DNA from: Phoronis australis
Taxonomy: Eukaryota; Animalia; Phoronida
DNA length: 64,000 nt
Assembly (NCBI GenBank): GCA_002633005.1
Contig: NMRA01000210.1
Coordinates: 124,001-188,000, forward strand
Direction of reading: 5' to 3'
Notes under the pieces: model-generated
The model's input: the letters and a program-made list of their open reading frames with translations, nothing else
What the model was told of the DNA's origin: nothing
The model's database searches: none
Shown here: piece by piece, positions 13,701 to 25,700 of the stretch
How positions within the stretch are numbered: the stretch's first letter is position 1
Layout of the letters: each line of letters opens with the position of its first letter
Program-made: the position numbers and the translations under genes

Positions 13701-16700
13701 GATGTTCATATGGCATGCGATTCGCAACACCACATCAACAAAATCAGAAAATGAAATGCATCAATATATAAATGAATATCTAAAAACAATAAATACCACG
13801 TGAGCCACAATAGCAATAAACCAAATGGAACTGAGCAAAATGTCTTTCAGATAAAAGTACTCACGATTAGTTCAGGGAATATTTTAAACATTTTCTCGAA
13901 CAACTCTGGAGAGCAGCGCTGGCTTCCCACGAGACCTTTAAAGAGATATTCGAAGTCAAAGGAAGCTAATGTTTCCTAATAAAGGGCTTAAATCATAACA
14001 ATCTTCCTTGTGGTGTTGGTATTTTTTTCGCACCAAATAACTTTATAATCGTATTTCTACATTCTAGAAAGGTCGCCCCTCTTCTTTGCAACTAGCGGTC
14101 TCTAAGTAGCAGCACGTAATTAAGAGCACACGATCACAAGCCTCTTATTTGTGGTGAAAGCAACACCCGCTGTCACAGAAACTGTCGGATACATAAGCAC
14201 CGTAACGGTACCTTTAATCGTCGCCCGAAATCTCACTTCACTGGTAAAGAACATTCATCAATGATTAAACCTTGATAAGGTAGGAATAAGTATAGTGTTG
14301 AGCTACATGTACATCTGTTAGGGCTCCATACTCATGCTACGAGCACTGACTGACTGAAAGAACCAATTAAAGTTATTCCAGATATTAAACTTCTTCGGGA
14401 TCAAATACCTCCATCGATGCATATATTTGCATCATTGGTGTCCTTCTTGAGTATGATGATTTAACTAAAAACTCAATTGTTCTGTGTCATAGATTAGATA
14501 CCATGGTACTTAGAGGGTGGTATTTCCCTACATTTGCCGTGTAGCCTGTCTAAAGAGTAGGTCACGCCTGCCTGTCTGGAAGGATTTGAAATTTTCATTT
14601 TTTTCAAAATTCGAGGGTTGTCAATAGTTACAGAGCATTATTAAGTTTCGCAGAAAAGGGTAAGCATCTTTTAATAAGCCACAACTGCGTTTAGTATCAT
14701 TTTTATGGTTAGAACACTCATGTCATTTGTGCTTACACGTCTCCTATCGCTGCTGTACCACCTGAAGTACTGTTGCAACACCCGGTGTCTCCTAGCGAAC
14801 AAAAATTACAAAAAATACGGTCAAATTATTTTTGTCCACGCTTCACATCGTTTAATCTACCCAAAACCACAACTCTCTTTCCTGACTTGAGTAAGTATAC
14901 GAAGAATGACACCGTGCCTTACCTCCTCGTAAACAACTCAAGTCGTATTTGTCGAAGTTTGGACTTGACAAAAGATCAATGTAGAACGCCGGCCACAAAC
15001 AACAGTGAGTACATCTGGAAACAAAATAAAAACTACAATTACGAATTTCTATGTGACTTATTTTCAATAGTGTCTAAACGAGAAATAACTTATCGACTAA
15101 AACCACCAACTTGAAAAACGAAACTATGGGATGTATAGATGACAATTTTAACATTGGTGACGACAACAGTGATGATGGCTTTGATGCAATTCTGTTTTTT
15201 GTTTTTATGAAGTGATGTGGCCAATAGGTGGCGTGCAGACCCGACTTAAAGTGGTTGTGACTTAGGACTAAAGTACACATTTGATAATGAACTTGATGGC
15301 AAAGACCGTGACCCACCTTTCTTGTTCTAAAACCTTTAAAACACACGTTTCAACATCGCAATTATCGTCTCGTATACTTCCGGGAAGACATACTACTCTC
15401 GCCCTGTTTTTGTGAAACGTGCAAATGGCGAGAAAGCAGGTTACCACCATTTCGTCAACCCAGACGTTGAAAGTGGCGATGATGCCTGGATTCTGAACGT
15501 ACAAGGGAAAACCATTTCAATTAATTGACATTTTTAGGGTTAGAGTGATAACTTGGATTTGCAGATGAAGCATTCCTGCACAGAGGTCAAAAACAAACAT
15601 TATGATTTTCAGTTACCGAAAGGGTATCTCACCAAACCTGTCTATCCTGCAAATTCACATAATTCTGACCGGATACAGATTAGAAGAAGTTTCTAATGCA
15701 GCCTACAGTGTGCAAGGCTGAGGTGGCATGCAAAACATGCGGTTTACACCTTCGTACAATTTGAAACCACTCGCTGTTTGAAAAAAAATAACCATTACTA
15801 ATTTCCACCACAACTATGTGTCAAAATCGAAAAGTCCATTATTCCTTTTGGTTTGATTTTACCCAATGTCATGTCAATAACGCAAAAAGTTAGCGCAGTG
15901 TTAAAAATATTGCACTTTAGAGGGCAGCTTGGAGACTGTTAATTGCTATTTATCTATATTTACTTCAGACGACTACATGTATGCTAACGACTCCTTATTG
16001 TTATGCTGAGTGCTCACCTCCACTGATGCTGCTTTGCCGGGTATCTTTGACCGGAAGTTGAACTTTCCGAAGTTGCAAATGGTTCCTTGCTTCCAGGTAA
16101 CAAGTTTTGGCAAGCCGGTGGAACCCTAAAACGCAAAACACTATTAGAGTACGTAAACGATACCATTGACCTTTTTGCTAACAAATCGAAAATTTCAAAA
16201 TTTGACAATGCGCTTAAACATGAATGCCGTCTGGTGTTGCAGTCTTAATAAACCGAACAGTACAATTTTGTCTTTGTCTTTGGATTTAGCTCATGCAAGT
16301 GTTTTAACAAAATCCGTCTTATCAGAATAGCTGCTACGCCAATTGATCAAAGTGAAATTCCAGTGTTTCCGTATGAAAAACAACAGGAAATCGTTATATA
16401 TTCAAACCACTTATTCTAGGGTGCCAATGCATCAGTAAATGTAAATCCTCACAGAAGTGGGTAGAAGAATGTATGGATCTTCTGGAGAGACCATTTCGAT
16501 AGCATTTTGCAGAGCATCTCCTGAAACGTTGCTACCGCCGTCCTCTAGATCAGATAGTGACTTGATTTTTCTGTAACAAATGTGTAGACTGGACCAAGGT
16601 CAATAGGAAAGTTTTATCATAGTCAAAATTTCTTCAAATTTGTTTCTGCTTTCACGTAAACGTTGTCCTTTTCTCTTACGTTGCTTCTGCAGTATGATAG

Positions 16701-19700
16701 GCGGATTTAGGGGGGGGGGTGAACCCAGGGGCCCGGGCCAAAAAAACCCGCCAAAATCGTGAGGAAATATTGAGAACTTTTGCCCGAGGAAGTGCTGTTT
16801 CATACAACGGGCTGGGGATTGCCGTCGCGAACGCGCCCAATGTCCACGTCTTCAAACAGAATTACTGGGACTTTGTGCGTGGTTCGTTGGTGTAGACCTT
16901 AGCTCATCACTATTTTATTCTAATTTATCTTATCTATTTATCAAATTGTACATATTAACTAATTTTACACTAATCTATTTCATTTATTATCTTTTCAATC
17001 TAATTACATAGCTGTCTGTATTTTACTCCATGTACTTATTTCCGACTGGGCCCACTTGAAAATCAGAGTATTCTTTTAAATAAGTTTAAATAATATAATA
17101 ATAATAAATAAATAATAATTGCGTATTCCTCGATAACGTTGGCTTTGGTTTTCTTAACCAAGTTAACATAATCTACATCAGGTGCATGAGAGTCATTGAA
17201 TCGCCGCAAACCTCGTCCTCTACTGAAATTTGTTACTCGAGCTGAGGTTTACACTCAGATGATCTGTTCTAAAACCTGAATCAATTCCGGATGACTCCAA
17301 CAAACCACACATTTCTTCTGATACAAGGAAGAAACCTGGTCTAGCTTTGTTCACCCAGTCAGGATTCTTCCAGGTAAATTTCTTTTCAACAGGTTGATAA
17401 AGACGCAATGGATTTACTAAATTGAATCTGGGATAATACATTGATCATTTATTTAATGGCCTGTGGGTTGTTGAGGAGCAAATAATGTAAACAATCAATG
17501 TCAAAGTTCTGAACCAAGTTCAAATCCCCACATGATATGGTACGATCCGGATCTGTCTCTGATAAAATATCAACATCTTTTGACGTATCACGACGTGGCC
17601 CATATATATATTAATTAGAAACATTCGTATTTTCTTCTCAATTGTGAAATTCACGAATAAAAAAATTACCATCTACATTGTGACTGGTTGAGTTAATTTT
17701 ATATTCAAAGTTGTTATTAAAAAGAACACAGACTCCTCTAGTAATAGAAGAGCCACAGCTCAAATATACCTCACCTCCCACGTAGCCAGATCGACTACAG
17801 GTGTCTTAAAGACAATAAATAGAAAAATTCTAGTTTCTCAAATTGTTGAACTCGTTCTTGAGTCTGGCACAATCTTATAGAGCCCTGCAGTTCACCGAGA
17901 ACATCAGAATGTCATCCAATATCAAACATCACGTGCCAGTGGCCACGTCCGATTCCAAACAACGCATTCACGCACATACACACTCCAGAATACAAAAACA
18001 AAGCCATCATTTTGGGTGTGTGTTGGGAAATCAAGGAAAGTGCTCGTTTTTAGAGGTAAAAACAAAATTTTTCCCTGGGGGGAACCCAACCCTCCAAAAT
18101 CGCCATTCGGCACTACGCACCTCTATGGTCGGGCTTTGCGCCATTGTTTACGAGACAAAATGTTGGGCCTTCCTTATGATATCCTAGACCCGACACTGAG
18201 TCTGTGCTATCGAAACAGCAAACGGTGTGAGTCAGAACATTAACGACTGATTCTTCTTCTTGTACATCAAGCAGTTGAGACGGAGAGAATTGCATTCTTT
18301 AGCAATGTCANACATTTTCTCGAACAACTCAGGAGAGCAGCGCTGGCTTCCCACGAGACCTTTAAAGAGATATTCGAAGTCAAAGGAAGCTAATGTTTCC
18401 TAATAAAGGGCTTAAATCATAACAATCTTCCTTGTGGTGTTGGTAATTTTTTCGCACAAAATAACTTTATAATCGTATTTCTACATTCTAGAAAGGTCGC
18501 CCCTCTTCTTTGCAACTAGCGGTCTCTAAGTAGCAGCACGTAATTAAGACCACACGATCACAAGCCTCTTATTTGTGGTGAAAGCAACACCCGCTGTCAC
18601 AGAAACTGTCGGATACATAAGCACCGTAACGGTACCTTTAATCGTCGCCCGAAATCTCACTTCACTGGTAAAGAACATTCATCAATGATTAAACCTTGAT
18701 AAGGTAGGAATAAGTATAGTGTTGAGCTACATGTACATCTGTTAGGGCTCCATACTCATGCTACGAGCACTGACTGACTGAAAGAACCAATTAAAGTTAT
18801 TCCAGATATTAAACTTCTTCGGGATCAAATACCTCCATCGATGCATATATTTGCATCATTGGTGTCCTTCTTGAGTATGATGATTTAACTAAAAACTCAA
18901 TTGTTCTGTGTCATAGATTAGATACCATGGTACTTAGAGGGTGGTATTTCCCTACATTTGCCGTGTAGCCTGTCTAAAGAGTAGGTCACGCCTGCCTGTC
19001 TGGAAGGATTTGAAATTTTCATTTTTTTCAAAATTCGAGGGTTGTCAATAGTTACAGAGCATTATTAAGTTTCGCAGAAAAGGGTAAGCATCTTTTAATA
19101 AGCCACAACTGCGTTTAGTATCATTTTTATGGTTAGAACACTCATGTCATTTGTGCTTACACGTCTCCTATCGCTGCTGTACCACCTGAAGTACTGTTGC
19201 AACACCCGGTGTCTCCTAGCGAACAAAAATTACAAAAAATACGGTCAAATTATTTTTGTCCACGCTTCACATCGTTTAATCTACCCAAAACCACAACTCT
19301 CTTTCCTGACTTGAGTAAGTATACGAAGAATGACACCGTGCCTTACCTCCTCGTAAACAACTCAAGTCGTATTTGTCGAAGTTTGGACTTGACAAAAGAT
19401 CAATGTAGAACGCCGGCCACAAACAACAGTGAGTACATCTGGAAACAAAATAAAAACTACAATTACGAATTTCTATGTGACTTATTTTCAATAGTGTCTA
19501 AACGAGAAATAACTTATCGACTAAAACCACCAACTTGAAAAACGAAACTATGGGATGTATAGATGACAATTTTAACATTGGTGACGACAACAGTGATGAT
19601 GGCTTTGATGCAATTCTGTTTTTTGTTTTTATGAAGTGATGTGGCCAATAGGTGGCGTGCAGACCCGACTTAAAGTGGTTGTGACTTAGGACTAAAGTAC

Positions 19701-22700
19701 ACATTTGATAATGAACTTGATGGCAAAGACCGTGACCCACCTTTCTTGTTCTAAAACCTTTAAAACACACGTTTCAACATCGCAATTATCGTCTCGTATA
19801 CTTCCGGGAAGACATACTACTCTCGCCCTGTTTTTGTGAAACGTGCAAATGGCGAGAAAGCAGGTTACCACCATTTCGTCAACCCAGACGTTGAAAGTGG
19901 CGATGATGCCTGGATTCTGAACGTACAAGGGAAAACCATTTCAATTAATTGACATTTTTAGGGTTAGAGTGATAACTTGGATTTGCAGATGAAGCATTCC
20001 TGCACAGAGGTCAAAAACAAACATTATGATTTTCAGTTACCGAAAGGGTATCTCACCAAACCTGTCTATTCTGCAAATTCACATAATTCTGACCGGATAC
20101 GGATTAGAAGAATTTTCTAATGCAGCCTACAGTGTGCAAGGCTGAGGTGGCATGCAAAGCATGTGGTTTACAACTCCGTACAATTTGAGAACACTCGCTG
20201 TTTGAAAAAAATAACCATTACTAATTTCCAGCACAACAATGTCAAAATCGAAAAGTCCATTATTCCTTTTGGTGTGATTTTACCCAATGCCATGTCAATT
20301 ACGCAAAAAGTTAGCGCAAAGTGTTAAAAATATTGGACTTTAGAGGGCAGCTTGGAGACTGTTAGTTGCTATTTATCCATATTTACTTCAGGCGACTCCG
20401 CCAACGACTCCTTATCGTTATGCTGAGTGCTCACCTCCACTGATGCTGTTTTGCCGGGTATCTTTGACCGGAAGTTGAACTTTCCGAAGTTGCAAATGGT
20501 TCCTTGCTTCCAAGTAACAAGTTTTGGCAAGCCGGTGGAACCCTAGAATGTAAAACATAATTAGAGTACGTAAACGATGCCATTGATTTTTTTAATCATA
20601 AATCGAAAATTTCGAAATTTGACAATGCGTTTAAACATGAATGCCGTCTGGTGTTGCAGTCTTAATAAACCGAACAGTACAATTTTGTCTTTATCTTTGG
20701 ATTTAGCTCATGCGAGTGTTTTAACACAAATCCGTCTTATCAGAATAGCTGCTACGCCAGTTGATCAAAGTGAAATCCCAGTGTTTCCGTATGAAAAACA
20801 ACAGGAAATCGTTACATATTCAAACCACTTATTCGAGGGTGCCAATGCATCAGGAATGTAAATCCTCACAGAAGTGGGTAGAAGAATGTATGGATCTTCT
20901 GGAGAGACCATTTCGATAGCATTTTGCAGAGCCTCTTCTGAAACGTTGCTACCGCCGTCCTCTAGATCAGATAGTGACTTGATTTTTCTGTAACAAATGT
21001 GGAGACTGGACCAAGGCAAATAGGAAAGTTTTATCATAGTCAAAATTTCTTCAAATTTGCTTCTGCTTTCAAGTAAACGTTGTCCTTTTCCTTTACGTTC
21101 CTTCTGCAGTGTCATAGGCGGATTTGGGAGGGGGGCCCAGGGGCCCGGGCCAAAAATAAAACAGCAAAATTATGAGGAAATATTGAGAACTTTTGCCTAA
21201 GGAAGTGTTGTTTCATACAACGGGCTGTGGATTACCGTCGCGCGCCCAATGTCCACGTCTTCAAACAGAATTGCTGGGACTTTGTACGTGGTTCGTTGCT
21301 GTAGACCTAAGCTCATTACTATTTTACTCTAATTTTTCTTATTTATTTATCAAATTGTACATATTAACTAATTTTACACTAATTTATTTCGTTTATTATC
21401 TTTTCAATCTAGTTGTACATAGCTATCTATATTTTACTTCATGTAATTATTTCCGACTGGGCCCACTTGAAAATCAGTTTATTCACTGAAGTGGTCACCC
21501 AGTCTTTTAAAGAAGTTTAAATAAAATAATAATAATAGATAAATAATAATTGCCCATTCTTGGATAACGTTGGCTTTGGTTTTCTTAACCGAGTTAACAT
21601 AATCTACATCAGGTACAAGACATTCATTGAATCGTCGCAAACCTTGTCCTCTAGTGAAATTTGTTACTCGAGCTGAGGTTTACTCTTAGATGATCTGTAC
21701 TATAACCTGAATCAATTCCGGATGACTCCAACAAACCACGCATTTCTTCTGATAAAAGGAAGAAACCTGGTCTAGCTTTGTTCACCCAGTCAGGATTCTT
21801 CCAGGTAAATTTCTTTTCAACAGGTTGATAAAGACGCAATGGATCTACTAAATTGAATCTGGGATAATACATTGATCATTTATTTAATGGCCTGTGGGTT
21901 GTTGAGGAGCACATAATGTAAACAATCAATGTCAAAGTTCTGAACCAGGTTCCAATCCCCACATGATATGGTACGTGGCCCATATATATATTAATCAGAA
22001 ACATTCGTATTTTCTTCTCAATTGTGAAATTCACGAATGAAAAATTACCATCTACATTGTGACTGGTTGAGTTAATTTTATATTCAAAGCTGTTGTTAAA
22101 AAGAACACAGCGTCTTTTAGTATTAGAAGAGCCACAGCTCAACTATACCTCACCTCCCACGTAGCCAGAACGACTACCTCAACGGTATACATGAAACGGG
22201 TGTCTTAAAGACAATAAATAGAAAAATTCTAGTTTCTCAAATAGTTGAACTCGTTCTTGCGTCTGGCACAATTTTGTAGACCACTGCAGTTCATCGAGAA
22301 TATCTGAATGTCATCCAATATCAAACATTACGTGCCAGTGGCCACGTCCGATTCCAAACAACGCATTCACGCACATACACTGTACACACTCCAGAAAACA
22401 AAACCAAATCTATCATTTTGGGTGTGTCCGGTAACAATGGCTTAGTAACAACTCCCACTCCATATGTGCGTGAGATCCCAGGCGGCCGGCAGTAGCGCTG
22501 CGCACTATCACCTCGTTTCCGTCGTCTATTCCCCTGTGCCCTAAACAAAATTACTTCATTTTTTTCAGAGAAAATAGAACCTGAGTGACGAGAAAGAAAA
22601 TAAGCAGTTGGTGAGATGTAAAGTTTAATCGAACCCTCAGTGAATCATTCTCTCTTTGTCAAACATTAAAATTAAGACGATTTGCAAAGCAATCGAGTCG

Positions 22701-25700
22701 TTAATGCCAACACGAAAAACGGATTTGGTCTTTTAGGCTACCTAAGACAGTCTTAAACACAACAACTGTTGTTACGAACTGCTAGCAGAAATATAAAACG
22801 TGTAACATTACGGAAAGAAGCAGGTTCCCGCGCAAACGTTATGGACCATAAACAAGTATGTCTCTTAGCAAGACATGATAGCTGTAAGCGTGATGGCGCA
22901 GTGGAGGAGCATGCAGGATTGTTCTCCCCACGACCCCCTGGACCCACGACCCTCAACCCCTCGATCCACGACCCACAACCCCGTCGACCCAGTCTACACA
23001 AGCTCGATTCGATTTGAACATAGAACAAGCGCTGTCTTGTAGATCCAATGAGTTTGGCCGTGAGCTCGGGTGGCTTTTCCCTGTTTTGTCCAATTAAGGC
23101 AGTCGATTCGGCAAGTCCGAAATCCAAAAACAGAAAAAAAAAACAACGCAACCAGATTAAATCAAAGACAGGGTTTCAGAACAATCCAAGCATGCGCACT
23201 CTGATCAATATGTTGTGAGTTCCAGTCCTTGCGAATTTTAATTTTCTATTTTAAACATATTCTCAGTGTTTTATGCTTCTTTGAAAATACTTCAGAAATC
23301 AAGGAAGGTGCTCGTTTTCAGAGGTAAAAACAAAATTTTCCCTGGGTGGGAGGAGGGGGGAACCCCTCCAGAAATCCCCATTCGGCACTATGCACCTCTA
23401 TGATCGTACTTTGCGCCATTGTTCACGAGACAAAATGTTGGGCCCTCTTTATAATATCCTAGACCCGACATTGAGCCTATGCTATCGAAATAGCAAACGG
23501 TGTGAGCCAGAAAATTAAAGATTGATTCTTCTTCCTGTACATCAAGCAGCTGAGACGGAGAGAATGGCATTCTTTAGCACTGCCACGGTTTCAAAAAAGA
23601 AGGCACCTTTGCAGGGCGTACGTTTACTAACGTGCCCCCATAGCAGCTCTCCCTAGCGCCTGTTGTAACACTGCGATACTGTTGCGTATATTACCCACCT
23701 TTTTGTTACAACCTCTGACTTTTCAAATTCTCCACTTTGGCAGAACATGAATTCCACCGAATGTCTGTAAAACATGAAATATACGTGACTGTATTTTTGA
23801 ATTCCGTTTCCAAACAAAGTATTAGTGACTGCTCCAGATAACACTTGTGAATCGTAAAATCGAATCTCTAATCTCTGCCAGCTACCACCGACTCTCAAAG
23901 GTTTTGCGCCAAACATTCAGTAATAGGAGTTATCAGCTTTGACCAACGCTATCAAAAGTTACGTTGTTTTTGTGGTTTTATAACAAATCGCCAATTCTCG
24001 AGGAACAATTGCTGAAATCAAAGCCGGTGACTTCCACGTTAAATACGCTTGCAATTCCCGGTCATTTACGGAATGGGATTTAGCTCCACCAGCAGAATGT
24101 TCGATTGCAACTGTGGGAAGTCCTAGGATCAATTCTGCGTTAAGGATCATCTCAGACAATTACTGTTTTCATTTATTATGATAGTGTTATAAGATAAGTT
24201 GGAGTATCCGTGAGCAGGGTATCATTTATTAGATCATTAATAGGAAACAAATAAAATGCGACGAGTTTGGCTGCAGCTTATCTCACTCGTAAAATTTGTT
24301 AATAAAACGTTGTTTCTGTTTGAAACACTAATTGACCCTAGCCATGACGAATGTTGTCACACTCGACACAGGCTGCCACCACTGATTACAGGAAACATTA
24401 TTGCAAGTCCGACATTTTTTTGTGTATCCTAGATTAGGCCCCACTCTCCGAAAATTCCAATCTCAGGTTCTGTGTATTGTGACAGGAAATTCTCTCATAT
24501 GTTTTACTGTCCAGAACAACGAAAAAAATCGTCATTGAAGCGGTGCTCAAAGTCTTCCAATAGTAGAACTGCTGGTATCGTGACTACTTTTAGAAATGCT
24601 ACTACCAGACGACCACACCACAGCCGACCATGATCAGCAGACGACGTACTTTCCGGAAGTAAATCTTACTGATTTTGCCAGGTGTCGTTAGTGAATAATG
24701 ACGTCACATATGATGCGTAAGATAACATATTGCGTCCATGTACTCAGTCTACGCTGTCACCCAGGCAACAATTTTGTATACCGAGTGCGACAATATGTCG
24801 TCATCGACACACTGATAAATATGCTCTATGGCGGACTCGTATACGGGATCGTTAAATGTGCAAACATAGAGTTTTGGGATATTAAAGTATTTTATTCCTT
24901 CCAACCTGCGATAGTATTCCGGCACCTTGATACATTCATCTAGACGGATTCGGCCATGCATTCGCCGAGGCCTACACGCGCGGTATCCCATATGGGGTAC
25001 ATGTGCACAGCTGTGCAATTTCGTTACGGAACGGCAATATGAGCTATCACAATGTGGCAGCATATATTGTCGAATTCGACTCATATTGTCGCCTCCAGAG
25101 TGCGAGATTATACAGTTGTACATGTGTCGAGTGTGACAGAATATGTCACACTAACATTATCTCGCTTATCTGCCCAGCAGCAAAAGATCAAATCATCAAA
25201 GGAAGTAACCAAAATGACAGTTATTTTACGAGATTGGCCATGTACTGATGGAGTCTTGTAATCCAGAGGCTGCTCAAAGGAAACTGCGACGATTACATCA
25301 GGTGATGGTGTTTTTTGTCGACAGGAAAACCTGACTGACGTCGGTCTCAAGGATTGTGACTGACGGCTTAACTGACTAATCTAAACGCAGCATTCTTGAC
25401 ACACCTTCGTCTGTGTTTCCAACTCGCCAGTATACCCGACAAACAACACCATGTCGTGTAAAACTATCTTCGTCAAGAAATTGTACAAGAAGAATAGTGA
25501 AACAGTGTTGATATGGCGTGTGTCATTCCGGCAGCCGTTATGCAGCTCGAAAAGAATACCCCACAATTTTTTAGCATCTCTTAAGCCAAATAGTGATGTC
25601 AAAAGTTGTAAGGTATGGATCAAACTGTTTCAACGGGCACACGAGCAGCTGAACTTGACAATGTGGAGTGATTACTGAAAGGTTAAACACAAATAATTTG

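Larger units (their letters stand above)
13888..18310. repeat. Tandem duplication, copy 1 (copy 2 at 18312-23585)
   Basis: Offset 4424 in the near-identical part; the ORF track repeats identical peptides; the junction is a single N at 18311. Confidence 0.95.
18312..23585. repeat. Tandem duplication, copy 2
   Basis: Colinear with 13888-18310, plus a ~870-bp extra segment (~22428-23295). Starts inside a truncated copy of the GLVGSQ exon (18312-18359). Confidence 0.95.

Noticed and set aside
14737-14792. Splice-bounded candidate extra ACS exon (GDTGCCNSTSGG...), also at ~19161-19216
   Set aside because: The flanking exons already join in frame into a canonical sequence, and the strong donor here would shift the frame.
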